A stretch of DNA of 64,000 bases, from the IMG/VR virus record IMGVR_UViG_3300036790_000196, positions 975 to 64,974 of that record, one strand, 5' to 3'. The position numbers and the translations under genes were made by a program. Source of the stretch: a virus. Its lineage: Duplodnaviria > Caudoviricetes. The first letter of the stretch is position 1; every line of letters begins with the position of its first letter. The notes beneath the pieces are model-generated. The model was not told the DNA's origin. It made no database searches and saw nothing but the letters and a program-made list of their open reading frames with translations. Of this stretch, positions 27,493 to 37,370 are shown piece by piece.

Positions 27493-28530
27493 GTGCCAAA
27501 CTACAGCGCCGAGGACCTACGCAAGACCGGGGTTTACGCGATCACGAACAGCGTGAACGGGAAAAGGTATATCGGCAGCGCGGCCCTTAGTTTTTCAAGT
27601 CGATGGGCCAAACACAGGCACAGGCTCAGGAAGGGCACACACGAGAACAAATACCTTCAGGCGGCTTGGAATAAATACGGTGAGGATTCGTTTCTTTTCG
27701 AGGTGCTGGTGCGGTGTGATCCGGTCGAGTGTATATCGAAGGAGCAGGAACAAATCGAATCGTACGACACCTTAAACGAGGCGAGTGGATATAATTTGGC
27801 TCCCGCCGCTGGCAGCATGCTTGGGTACAAATTTGACCCCGCTGTGGTCGAAAGGATGGCTGCGAAAAAACGCGGCAGGCCATTAACCCCGGAAGCATTG
27901 GCCGCCGTCAGGGCGGCGGCAAAACTTCGGGTCGGGTACAAACATTCGGCAGAGTCTCGGGCCAAAATGAGTGCCTCCGCAAAGGCAGCTTACACCCCCG
28001 AAAGGGGCGCATTGCAATCCGCGATCAATAAGGCGCGTTCACCAGAACTGCTGGCCGAGATAAGGCGCCGGTCTAAGACCCCTGAAGCGCGTGCAAGGCA
28101 CGTCGCCGCGCTAAAGAAGGTTGTCCTATCCCCAGAAGTGCGGCAAAAGATCACCGAGGCCCGTTGGGCGGGCGATGCGAGAGAGAGGATGAGCGCGGCC
28201 CACAAAGGAAAAAAACTTTCGCCGGAGCACATAGCCAAGATGGTTGCGGCCAAGACTGGCCATAAGTTCACAGAGGAGCAAAGACGCAGGCTTAGTGAAG
28301 CGCACAAGGGGTATTTCCCTGATATGGTGCACCGCATGAATATGTCCCTTGCGATGCGCGGAAGGAAGCATAGTGAGGAGGCCAAGGCCAAAATGCGCCT
28401 CGCCGCTAGAACACCTGAAAAGCGCGAATACCAGAAGAATATTTCACGCCGACGCTGGGCCTTGGCTGGGTGGATAAAAAACCATTTGGGAATGAGCCCG
28501 AAAGACATTGATTGGGTCGTGGCCGCATAA
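27493..28530 (+). CDS. Free-standing GIY-YIG homing endonuclease with NUMOD3 repeats
   Basis: GVYAITN..NGKRYIGSA, HEN..LQ.AWNKYG, YN; repeated HSEE.KAKMS-type motifs. Confidence 0.95.
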   Translation: MPNYSAEDLRKTGVYAITNSVNGKRYIGSAALSFSSRWAKHRHRLRKGTHENKYLQAAWNKYGEDSFLFEVLVRCDPVECISKEQEQIESYDTLNEASGYNLAPAAGSMLGYKFDPAVVERMAAKKRGRPLTPEALAAVRAAAKLRVGYKHSAESRAKMSASAKAAYTPERGALQSAINKARSPELLAEIRRRSKTPEARARHVAALKKVVLSPEVRQKITEARWAGDARERMSAAHKGKKLSPEHIAKMVAAKTGHKFTEEQRRRLSEAHKGYFPDMVHRMNMSLAMRGRKHSEEAKAKMRLAARTPEKREYQKNISRRRWALAGWIKNHLGMSPKDIDWVVAA

Positions 28531-28531
28531 A

Positions 28532-30706
28532 ATGCCTGCATATAAAATTCCAGATTTACGGAATCGTGCACCTGCGGTAAAAATCTTACCCGATTTGCGA
28601 CAGCAGTTGGTCCGTTCCTACGACGTACTCGTGGAAGTTGCGAAGTCGCCCACCGCGTCAGGAAATCAGCCCGGATTATCCGCGTACCTGCTCCCATGGG
28701 GTTCAGTGGATTCCGTGCCAGCGTCGGAAGGAACCTCGTACTCGAACCTGCGCCTCATCAAGCAGGACTTCAGCGGCAGCTTCGACGAGAACGGAAACAA
28801 TACCGACGACCCGACCACCAAGTTCCCGATTCTGCGGCGCGTTTACGAAACCATCCCGGCCACCAGCGAAATCATTGTAGGGGACCCCGACACGACCATC
28901 GACGAGGATGGTCTTACCGAGACAACCGTTCACAGCCTCCAGTTCTCGGCCTCGGTTGCTGGAGTTACCCCGACATTCCTTACGCCCGGAACGTCAACAT
29001 TCACGGCCGAGAACGGGGTCGTCTGTGTGCTCAAGGAGGAAATCCGCACCGACGACGGCACGCTCCAGCACATCGACCGCCATTATATTTCTCATGGCCT
29101 AATCTCGCAGACGATCACCGACAAGTTCAACGGCGCGCTGGTCCTTACGACGCTCGTCTATGTGAACGAAGTCCCGCCGACTCCGAGCGGCGCGGTTCTC
29201 ATCGACGCCAAGGTGGATCACCCGGGAGGGTTGCCTGTATATTCGTACACCTTCGCCAAGGGCCTCGGCCAAATCTCGCTGCAGACGGAATACCGCCTTT
29301 CACCAGACCAAGGCACCACAGGCATAACCGTAACCACCATCAAATACATCGCGGCCCCCGGCAGCTCTAACCCGATAACGGGTCCCGGAGGCAGCGAGGA
29401 GATCGTCATCGAATACACCGAGGACGACGGTTTTCGCACGTGGACCGGCACCTACGCCTCCGGCCAAGGCACCATCGCAACCGAGGTCGAGATTCGCCTG
29501 AACGACAAGCTCCAGATAACGACCATCACGGCGATCAACTCCGCGCCGTCCGCGCCGTCCCCGGCCATCGGCGGCACGCTCGCGCTCATCTCGACCGAGG
29601 TCAGGAACGGCACGCGGTTCGAGAACGGCACCGTCATGTACACTTACAAGTGGGCCGAGTCCGCCGGGGGCGCGTCAGGGGCGCAGGTGTCGGTCGATAC
29701 CGAATACATTCAATCGGTGGACACCGGGACGAACGGCGTCACGCGGACGACCTACCGCTACATCGTCTCCGCAGGGGCAACCATCCAGCCGACCTCGGGC
29801 CCCTCGGGGACGGTGCTCGTGGACAAGCAGTACGAGGATGCGGAAGGCTACGGTTTCTGGAAAACGGTATGGGTCAAGGGCGCGGGCACCGTCTTCTCCG
29901 AGGTGGACACCGTTGAGACAGCCGCCCTCGTCCGCTACCGCATCGTCGGCCTCGGCACGGCTCCGTCAACGCCGAGCGCCACCATCGGGGGCACCGTTGT
30001 CTTGGTCGAGCAGGAAACCCGCAACGAGAACGGGTGGCTCGTTTACGATTACCGCTGGGCCGAGGGCAACGGCCAGACGAACATCACGACCCGCGGGGAA
30101 TCCGACGGCGCGCTCCTCTATGAGGTGACGACCAACACGGCGACGGCCACCACGCCATCCTATCCCGGAAGCGGCACGGCCTACCTCATCGATCTCCAGC
30201 AGACGCAGGGGCCGGGCTACGTCGTCAACAGGGCGACGTACAAGAAGCCGCCGGTGGGGATCGCCCTTCTTCGGCGCATCAAGTTTTCCATGCCGGGGCA
30301 GATTGAACTCACGTCCCCAAATCCCGGCTGGGTGTTCGTGCCTCCGGTCAACATGGACATCCTGGCGACGCAGACCTACACCTATCCCACGACGCAGGTC
30401 TCGACGACGCCCTTCACTGTCAAGGCGTGGGCGTCGATCAACTACGGCTACACCCCGAACGGCGGGAGTCCTGTCGGGGGCCAGCAGGGATGCACGGGCT
30501 ACCTCTCCGGCGCGACCGGCGGCAGCGGGGGCAGCGCCACCTTCAACAACATCCCGGTAAGCGCCTACTCGTACACGATCAGCGCATCCACGCCGTCGGC
30601 GCCGCCCTCGGGCTCGACCACGATCGACGTCGAGAACCGCGTGTATCTCGTCAGCACCGCGGGCGTGATCGTCTATGAGTCGATCGTGACGACCTACAGC
30701 TTCTGA
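28532..30706 (+). CDS. Putative tail structural protein with internal repeats
   Basis: Beta-rich, T/G/S-rich; repeated PS..IGGT..L...E.RN.....Y.Y.WAE units. Confidence 0.65.
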   Translation: MPAYKIPDLRNRAPAVKILPDLRQQLVRSYDVLVEVAKSPTASGNQPGLSAYLLPWGSVDSVPASEGTSYSNLRLIKQDFSGSFDENGNNTDDPTTKFPILRRVYETIPATSEIIVGDPDTTIDEDGLTETTVHSLQFSASVAGVTPTFLTPGTSTFTAENGVVCVLKEEIRTDDGTLQHIDRHYISHGLISQTITDKFNGALVLTTLVYVNEVPPTPSGAVLIDAKVDHPGGLPVYSYTFAKGLGQISLQTEYRLSPDQGTTGITVTTIKYIAAPGSSNPITGPGGSEEIVIEYTEDDGFRTWTGTYASGQGTIATEVEIRLNDKLQITTITAINSAPSAPSPAIGGTLALISTEVRNGTRFENGTVMYTYKWAESAGGASGAQVSVDTEYIQSVDTGTNGVTRTTYRYIVSAGATIQPTSGPSGTVLVDKQYEDAEGYGFWKTVWVKGAGTVFSEVDTVETAALVRYRIVGLGTAPSTPSATIGGTVVLVEQETRNENGWLVYDYRWAEGNGQTNITTRGESDGALLYEVTTNTATATTPSYPGSGTAYLIDLQQTQGPGYVVNRATYKKPPVGIALLRRIKFSMPGQIELTSPNPGWVFVPPVNMDILATQTYTYPTTQVSTTPFTVKAWASINYGYTPNGGSPVGGQQGCTGYLSGATGGSGGSATFNNIPVSAYSYTISASTPSAPPSGSTTIDVENRVYLVSTAGVIVYESIVTTYSF

Positions 30707-31305
30707 TGGAATCGCCGCTTGAAAGGTCGAGGAGGGAGATCGAGATGGACTTCGACTCGCTGGCGAACGACTTCGCGGTCAACCGCCTCGTCTATCCGCC
30801 CGACCGCCTGCCGACGCAGTTTGACCGCCAGATTGACCAGATACTAAGCCCCGTCTCCGGGGGCGGCGGTGGCGCGGGTGCGGCCGTCTATCCATTCGAC
30901 GTAATCTCTGCCGGCACGTCGTCCTTCACCGTCCAGCCGGGGACCATGAGCGGGCTCCTGCCCTCCAATTACGCCAGCACTTTCACGCTCACGCCTTCGA
31001 CGACCTATTACCTCCAGTTGGACTGCACGGCGAGTTCTGGCCAGATTGCGAGCGCGGCCCTCAACTTCGCCTCCAGCGCGCCCGCAGCCATCCCGGTCAA
31101 CATGGGCCAGCCGCCGACGTCGTTCTCGTTCCTCGTTGGCATCCTCATAACGAACGGCGCGGGAGGGGGCACTTGGTTCCGCTGCATCGCGCCGGGCAGC
31201 CTCTTCGCAATAGGGGCGCTCCAGTACCAGACGAACAAGGCGAGCCCGGCGCCTGGAACCCTTCCGTTCGACAACTGGTACACCTGGCTGATCGAGCAGG
31301 TCTAG
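30706..31305 (+). CDS. Putative tail protein
   Basis: YPF.V......V.PG...G.LP motif; coupled. Confidence 0.65.
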   Translation: MESPLERSRREIEMDFDSLANDFAVNRLVYPPDRLPTQFDRQIDQILSPVSGGGGGAGAAVYPFDVISAGTSSFTVQPGTMSGLLPSNYASTFTLTPSTTYYLQLDCTASSGQIASAALNFASSAPAAIPVNMGQPPTSFSFLVGILITNGAGGGTWFRCIAPGSLFAIGALQYQTNKASPAPGTLPFDNWYTWLIEQV

Positions 31306-31309
31306 CGCC

Positions 31310-33292
31310 ATGTGGACATGGGAGACAACGCGGGCGGCGGTCTTGGCCGGGACGTCCAGCTACAGTTCGACCGAGAGTTCGAGCGCGACCGTGAACGGTT
31401 CGACGACCGTCTTCACGGAGACCCCTGTCGGCGCGTCGCAGTCCACGGCTTCGAGCTTCATGTCGGCCACCGCCAGCGAGGCAGGCGCGACGCAGGAGTG
31501 GTCCTCCGTTCAGGACTTCGTGGTGTACCAAAACGTGACGTTCGTCCACATCGAGAGTGGGACGGGCGTCGGCAGCAACTCGACCTCATTCGGGCCGGTC
31601 AACAGCAGCACATCCACGCACAGCGATTCGCAGTTCAGCGCCCTCACGATCTCGAACCTCACGAACTCGGCGGGCTTCACGAATGCCACGACGGCCGTCA
31701 ACGGGACCTCGACGCACACGACGTTCTTCAGCCACGCGGCACCGACGTTCACGCTGAGCTACGTCTATTCCACCCAGACCTCGACCACAAACACCCCGGT
31801 CGTCACGACTGCCTCCTCGACGGCCGGTGCAACCTATCCCAACACCTCGACGACGAGCTTCACGGAGACAACGACCGGGACGCCGACCTCGACCACCTAT
31901 TCGGCGCTGACGACCGTCCTGTCGTCCAGCACCTACTCAGCTACGGTCTCCGTGACATCGACCGCCAACGTCACTACCACCGTCGGCGGCACGTCCTCGG
32001 CGGCGAACCAGTTCGTCCTCGGCGACACCGTTGTCCTCGCGGCCTCGACCGACTGGCTCTGGAGCCTCACGGCGGCGGGACCGGGCGACCCTACTGCTGT
32101 GGGTGTCTCGTTCACGCAGACGACCATCAGCTTCACCTTCGGGAGCATGACCGTACCTGTCGGCAGCTACAACCCGACGGCGACCTTGGCAACCGTCACC
32201 TACACGTCGGCCTCAAGCTACCAATCGACCACCACCACCTACACGACCAGCGCCAGCACGAGTTCCACCTATGCCGTGGGCGCGGCGGCGACGACCACGA
32301 CAACGACCTTCGGCAGCACGACAGGGACGACCGTGGACGCCGCGCTGCCCCTCACAAGCACCGTCTCCGAGACGATCACGTATCTGACTGCGCAGACGAC
32401 GACCCTCACCTATTGCAGCCAGCAGACGGTCTCCAGTTCCTTCGCCTACAATGTCGGCACGAGCGTAACGGCGGTCTTCACGCAGACGGACGGGACGTTC
32501 GTGACGACGGGCGCTGGCGGCACGCTGACGACGCTTGTAACCTACACGCAGCCTTCGGCCAATGGGGCCAACCCGCAGGGGGCGGCGACTATCTCCTTAG
32601 GCGGGGGCGATTACTCGTCCTCCCAGACGGTCCAGCTTGTGAACGGGACGTCGATCGTTACCGTGACCAACTCGACGACGCAGATTGCCTCCGGGGTGGA
32701 CGTAATCGGCCAGACCAACGCCTCGGCCTCGACCTACGCCAGCGGCGCGCAGGCGGCGCAGACCTTCACCTCGGCTGTCGATCCCGGCGGGGCGACGATC
32801 ACCTTTGAATCCATGCTCTCCGTCACGGATTCGACGATCCCGCCGGGCTGGCAGCCGACGCCCTCCAGCTTCGGGGCCGACAACTCGGTGGGGACAAACA
32901 TCAGCGGCCCGGCATCGATGGAGGCCACCGGCTCGGGCTGGCCTTCCGTTTCCTTGGCCGTGCCGACGGGGACGGAGACGTACATCCTGACCGGCACGGT
33001 GCCGACGACCGATGTGAACCAGCTTTCGACGACCGCCTTTGGCGGCTTCGACTGGATCAGCACGACCTCGACCAAGGGTACGCTGACCGTGGGAATCCTG
33101 CGCATAACGACCTGCGACAGCTTCTCCAACACAGGGACGACCGAATCCACCTTTGACACCGTGCATTCGACCTATTCAATCGCCAGCGGGCAGGGGATTG
33201 CGGCCGAGACTGTTCCGGCGGTCTATTCGGCGAGCAGCTCCATGGAGCCCAATCCCTTCGTCGCCTTCCCAGCCTTCCCCGTGACCACATGA
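31310..33292 (+). CDS. Mucin-like Thr/Ser-rich virion-region protein
   Basis: 660 aa dominated by T/S; only 2 Arg and 1 Lys. Confidence 0.8.
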   Translation: MWTWETTRAAVLAGTSSYSSTESSSATVNGSTTVFTETPVGASQSTASSFMSATASEAGATQEWSSVQDFVVYQNVTFVHIESGTGVGSNSTSFGPVNSSTSTHSDSQFSALTISNLTNSAGFTNATTAVNGTSTHTTFFSHAAPTFTLSYVYSTQTSTTNTPVVTTASSTAGATYPNTSTTSFTETTTGTPTSTTYSALTTVLSSSTYSATVSVTSTANVTTTVGGTSSAANQFVLGDTVVLAASTDWLWSLTAAGPGDPTAVGVSFTQTTISFTFGSMTVPVGSYNPTATLATVTYTSASSYQSTTTTYTTSASTSSTYAVGAAATTTTTTFGSTTGTTVDAALPLTSTVSETITYLTAQTTTLTYCSQQTVSSSFAYNVGTSVTAVFTQTDGTFVTTGAGGTLTTLVTYTQPSANGANPQGAATISLGGGDYSSSQTVQLVNGTSIVTVTNSTTQIASGVDVIGQTNASASTYASGAQAAQTFTSAVDPGGATITFESMLSVTDSTIPPGWQPTPSSFGADNSVGTNISGPASMEATGSGWPSVSLAVPTGTETYILTGTVPTTDVNQLSTTAFGGFDWISTTSTKGTLTVGILRITTCDSFSNTGTTESTFDTVHSTYSIASGQGIAAETVPAVYSASSSMEPNPFVAFPAFPVTT

Positions 33293-34329
33293 AGCTCGCC
33301 GTAACCGTCGCCGCGACCGCCAACTACTGCTACGCAATGAAGACGCTGGGGCGGCGCGTGGCGGCGAACCTCAGCGCGGCGGGCTACACGGGCAGCGGGA
33401 CGGCCATCATCGCGGGCGACAACAGCAGGCAGGTCAAGGATGCCGTCAAGGCGTGGAAGGACGCCCTGCCGGACCACTGGGCGGTCGTCCATCTGGACGT
33501 CGCGGAGGAGAACAAGGACGACGTGAACTATAAGACGAAAGCCCAGGTGCTCATTGCCCGCCTGCGGGGCGCCGCGTTTTCGGAGGCCCGCAGGGTGGGC
33601 TCCGACCATTGCTGGAGCCTCGACAGCGACACGCTGCCCCCGGCGAACGCGCTTCGCTGCATGCTGGACATGCTTCGCTTCGACGCGGGCTACTACGCCG
33701 TCTCCACCTGCCCCTACCCCAACGAGGCGTTCCTCGGGGGGCGCGGCACCCCGCAGAACCCCATCGCGGAGGACTTCCTTGAGGGCGAGCGGCTGCTGAC
33801 GGACGAGCTCAAGGCCGAGAAGGCGGCGCTCGAGGTCGAGATCAAGCGGTTCAACGACGAGAAGGTGACGACGCTGCCGCCGGAGTTCATCGAGCGCAGG
33901 AAGAAGTACGACGAGGCGATGAGGAAGTGCCCGCCGGACGGGAACGTCTTTCAGGTGATGGGCAAACACGGCTGGAGGCGGCGCGGCTGGCTGGACCAGG
34001 CGTACCCGGCGATCGGCAAGGGCTCGGTCGTCCCGTCGGACTGGTGCGGCTTCGGCTGCACCCTCATGGGCCGGGACGCCCTGGCGCTCGCCAACTTCGA
34101 GGGCTACGACGGGAACGGCACGGAGGACCTGTTCGTCGTCTGGAGGCGCTGGTGGCCCGCCGGGCTTCGGATCAACGTGATCCCCCATTGCCCCTGCGAT
34201 CACGTCATCTGGGGCAAGAAGAAGGGGGGCAGCGAGACGGAGTTCACGCTAATAGCATCTGGACATGAGACGCAGGGAGAGTGTATAGGACACCTAAGAA
34301 CCCAAAAGACCCCTTGGGTCGAAACCTGA
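33289..34329 (+). CDS. GT-A fold glycosyltransferase
   Basis: WSLDSD (DxD), WCGFGCTLM, GTEDLF, CDH. Confidence 0.85.
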   Translation: MKLAVTVAATANYCYAMKTLGRRVAANLSAAGYTGSGTAIIAGDNSRQVKDAVKAWKDALPDHWAVVHLDVAEENKDDVNYKTKAQVLIARLRGAAFSEARRVGSDHCWSLDSDTLPPANALRCMLDMLRFDAGYYAVSTCPYPNEAFLGGRGTPQNPIAEDFLEGERLLTDELKAEKAALEVEIKRFNDEKVTTLPPEFIERRKKYDEAMRKCPPDGNVFQVMGKHGWRRRGWLDQAYPAIGKGSVVPSDWCGFGCTLMGRDALALANFEGYDGNGTEDLFVVWRRWWPAGLRINVIPHCPCDHVIWGKKKGGSETEFTLIASGHETQGECIGHLRTQKTPWVET

Positions 34330-34330
34330 G

Positions 34331-35104
34331 ATGCCACTATTCCCCCAGACGATGCGCAGGGATGGGAGCATGATCTCCCGCAGGCTTGGGAAACCCCCGC
34401 AGCCGCAGGTGACGCTCTCCGGCATGCCCGGCGGGCCCGGGCCGGTTGGGACCGCGGCGAACCCCTCCCCGCAGGCCGTGGGCGGGGTTTCCCCCCTTCG
34501 CTCGGCCTACAAGGCCACCCCGAACTCGGGCGGCATCATCCAAGCTGGCAACAAGGGGGCCGTGCTCAAGTACGTGCCGCCCGACGCGGGCTACAAGGGA
34601 CCGCAGGCGACCGGCTTCGGGCTCTCGCCGCAGCAGCTTTCGGCCCTCCAATCGGCGTCGCCGGCAAACCGGCCGGACCAGACCGAGCGGGCGAATCCCC
34701 TGACAAACGGCGGCGGCCCTCCACAGGTGGCGGGAACCAGCGTCCCGGTTGAGAAGCCCACCTTGGACCCGGGGAAGGCCATGGGTTTCAGTTCAAAGGG
34801 TAACGCAATCCCGCAGGGGCAGGACATGGAGCCGCGCAACGAGGCGAGTCCTGCGCCGGACGGGGCCGCAGCCGACACCCCGCAGGGGGACAGCCTCACG
34901 GCGGGGGACGGGGCCTACCAGAGGAGCTTCACGAACCCGACCAGCGCCAGCCTCTACCGCAGCTTTGTCTCCAAGCTCTTTCAGGGGAGGCAGACGCCTG
35001 CCGGGAGCGTGACTGGCCTCAAGGCGTCCATGTGGCCGGGTGCCTCCAAGGGGACGATGGACCCCTCGAACGAGGACTACGATGGGCCGGACGGGGAGAA
35101 CTGA
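34331..35104 (+). CDS. Pro/Gly-rich disordered protein
   Basis: 257-aa ORF ending the plus-strand block. Confidence 0.6.
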   Translation: MPLFPQTMRRDGSMISRRLGKPPQPQVTLSGMPGGPGPVGTAANPSPQAVGGVSPLRSAYKATPNSGGIIQAGNKGAVLKYVPPDAGYKGPQATGFGLSPQQLSALQSASPANRPDQTERANPLTNGGGPPQVAGTSVPVEKPTLDPGKAMGFSSKGNAIPQGQDMEPRNEASPAPDGAAADTPQGDSLTAGDGAYQRSFTNPTSASLYRSFVSKLFQGRQTPAGSVTGLKASMWPGASKGTMDPSNEDYDGPDGEN

Positions 35105-35430
35105 GTCCCCGACAGGCGGGAGAGTTCGCCAAGGATCTGCTTCTCGCCTTCGTCAACGAGGTCTATCAGTTCGCGCAGGACCACGCATTGCGCGCGCAGG
35201 ATTTCGCGCTCCTCCGGCGTGCAGGGCTTCTCCTTCGTGTCCGGCGCGTGGTAGATGAGGCTGGAGGGGCGGGTGTTGTACGCCTCGACCGCCTGCGCGA
35301 ACCTGTCCCTAACGCGGCGCATGAAGTAGCGGTCGAAGGCTTCCGTCCGCTGGAGCGTGCGGATGTCCTCAAGGTCGCGGCGGGCGGAAATCTCCTGCGC
35401 CCGCAGGTTGTCAGCGTCCTGCTGGGTCAT
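35077..35430 (-). CDS. Hypothetical protein
   Basis: 117-aa helical ORF. Confidence 0.7.
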   Translation of the reverse strand: MTQQDADNLRAQEISARRDLEDIRTLQRTEAFDRYFMRRVRDRFAQAVEAYNTRPSSLIYHAPDTKEKPCTPEEREILRAQCVVLRELIDLVDEGEKQILGELSRLSGTQFSPSGPS

Positions 35431-35606
35431 GTAACCTGCGCACCTACACGCATCCTTCCCCAGCTCGGATGTTTTTTCGCCTTCTCGATTACCTCAAGGA
35501 GGCGGCGTAGTTCGATCTTAGATGCCTTGGCTCGTCGCGGGCATTCCACATTAATGAAGTGCTCGCGCTCGGCAGCCGTCATCGGCCTTGGGGTTGGTGT
35601 GTACAT
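35427..35606 (-). CDS. Hypothetical protein (59 aa)
   Basis: MYTPTPRP...; overlaps neighbours at both ends. Confidence 0.55.
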   Translation of the reverse strand: MYTPTPRPMTAAEREHFINVECPRRAKASKIELRRLLEVIEKAKKHPSWGRMRVGAQVT

Positions 35607-35974
35607 CAGGAGCCTTTCATTTCAGAGAGAAATTTCTTCTCTGCCTCGACGCACCCCTTGAACCACGTTTCTATATTTACGCCTTCTTTTTCCGCTACGC
35701 AACACGGGCAATAGGGCCTGCCTGTTTCAGGGTCGTGCGCCATCATGCCGATTCCGACGTTCTCCATGACGCGGCCGAAAATCATTAGGGAGCAAGCGAG
35801 GAGCGGGTCCTCGCTTTTCAAGTTGGGTTTCTTGCCTTCCAAATCAGGCATCACCGTTTCGCGCATCAATTCTTCTCCAGACGACTTGATGAAGTCTCCT
35901 AATCCTTGCGCTATGACCTCGGCCTTCAGGCCGTCCCAATGAGCCTGACAGAAGTTCACGTACACGCCCTCCAC
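35606..35974 (-). CDS. Hypothetical protein
   Basis: FCQAHW..L...DPL...CPCC. Confidence 0.7.
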   Translation of the reverse strand: MEGVYVNFCQAHWDGLKAEVIAQGLGDFIKSSGEELMRETVMPDLEGKKPNLKSEDPLLACSLMIFGRVMENVGIGMMAHDPETGRPYCPCCVAEKEGVNIETWFKGCVEAEKKFLSEMKGS

Positions 35975-36133
35975 TCGTCCGCTTCGTGCTCGGCGGCATC
36001 ATTAGGGCTATCTGTTATGTCCCAAAGTTCCTCAAGCGAGGAACCCGCCATGTCCCATCCCACCAAGAATGAAACGCAAAGGAGGCGACGAACCTCCATC
36101 GTGTAACGCCATTTCCATAGCAGGGTTCTCATT

Positions 36134-37279
36134 TCATTCCCTCGCCAGCTTCTTGACCTTGGCGATGACGGTCTCGGGCTTGATGCCCGCCAGAACCTCG
36201 CAGAGGCCCTGCTCCCTTGACGGGCAGTTCTTCGGGAACTTGGCGCGCACGGCGCTCCCGCCCTTCTCGTGGAAGAAGCATGGGCTGCACTTGCCGCGCC
36301 CCTGGATGCCGAAGACCGACGGCGAATAGACCGTCCGCAGCGACCACGGGAACGGGCCAAAGAGCCCCACGGAGGGCACGTCCAGCGCGCCTGCGATGTG
36401 GATGAAGGCCGAGTCGCTGCCAAGGAAGCAGCTTGCGCCTTGGATCACGGCGGCGGTCTTTCGGAAGGAGAGCCCATGGCTGGACAGGTTGCGCACGTTC
36501 GGGCCGTCGGGAACGCGCTCAAGGTTCTCCCTGCGTCCGATCAGATACACCTCCCACGCCGTCTCCTTCTGGAACGCCTCGACGATGGTCGCAAGCTGCT
36601 GCATGGGGTACACGCGGCAGAGGCCCGACATGGAGGCATCGACCTGGATGCAGAGGCGGCGCACGTTCGGGATGCGCGGGTACTGGACCTTGGCCCACGC
36701 GGCCTCGTCGTCGCTGACGCGGTACTCGGGCTTTCGGTCGCTGGTCTTCGGCGTCCACTCGCTCACGTCGTCCCTCGACCCCTTGAGCCACGCCTTCTTC
36801 GGGTGGGCGATGCCGATCATTTCCGCGAACACGTCGGCCATCGGGATGTCCTCGGCGCGGGGGTTGTTCTCAATCGCGTTCTCAAGGAACACCCAAGCGT
36901 CGTACTTCGCGTGCTCGGCCTTCGTGAGGGGGTAGCGCATGATCGTGTCGACGTAGGGAAGCCCTTTCATCACGTCGCCGTAGTCGCGCATGGTCGCCAC
37001 CGTGAGGACGATCCCCGGCCAGCGCCGCTTCATCTCGCGCAGGGCGGCGGTGAGGTTCGTCAGGTCACCAAAGCCCCCTACGCGCACGATGACGACCGAC
37101 TTCCCGTTCCAGTCGCTCTTTTCGTCGAAGGGGCGGCTCTCAACGAGCGGCGTCATTTTTCCCGCCCCGCATAGGTTGATGAGCTGCGCCCCCGTGATGT
37201 CCTCACAAAGGTATTCGCCGGGCTTGATCGTCTGCTCTGCGTCGATGACTATTTCTTCGGGGAGGGTGACAACGTGCAT
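36134..37279 (-). CDS. Glycosyltransferase family 9 (heptosyltransferase-like)
   Basis: R.GGFGDL, FLGSDSAFIHIAGALDVPSVGLFGP, CSPCF...C. Confidence 0.93.
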   Translation of the reverse strand: MHVVTLPEEIVIDAEQTIKPGEYLCEDITGAQLINLCGAGKMTPLVESRPFDEKSDWNGKSVVIVRVGGFGDLTNLTAALREMKRRWPGIVLTVATMRDYGDVMKGLPYVDTIMRYPLTKAEHAKYDAWVFLENAIENNPRAEDIPMADVFAEMIGIAHPKKAWLKGSRDDVSEWTPKTSDRKPEYRVSDDEAAWAKVQYPRIPNVRRLCIQVDASMSGLCRVYPMQQLATIVEAFQKETAWEVYLIGRRENLERVPDGPNVRNLSSHGLSFRKTAAVIQGASCFLGSDSAFIHIAGALDVPSVGLFGPFPWSLRTVYSPSVFGIQGRGKCSPCFFHEKGGSAVRAKFPKNCPSREQGLCEVLAGIKPETVIAKVKKLARE

Positions 37280-37287
37280 CGGGCGGC

Positions 37288-37359
37288 AGCGTGGTAGGGG
37301 CGGGAAGGCTGGTCAAGCCGGAAACTTTCGTTGACAGCGGCAGTCCGGCAGAGCACCTT
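37288..37359. promoter_or_regulatory. Back-to-back promoters: minus TTGACC-N17-CACGCT, plus TTGACA-N17-CACCTT
   Basis: -35 boxes at 37311-37316 (minus) and 37331-37336 (plus). Confidence 0.65.
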
Positions 37360-37370
37360 CCCGGCGTTCT

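Noticed and set aside
27493-28530. Group I intron around the GIY-YIG gene
   Set aside because: Not inside a gene, and the flanks are too short for an intron core
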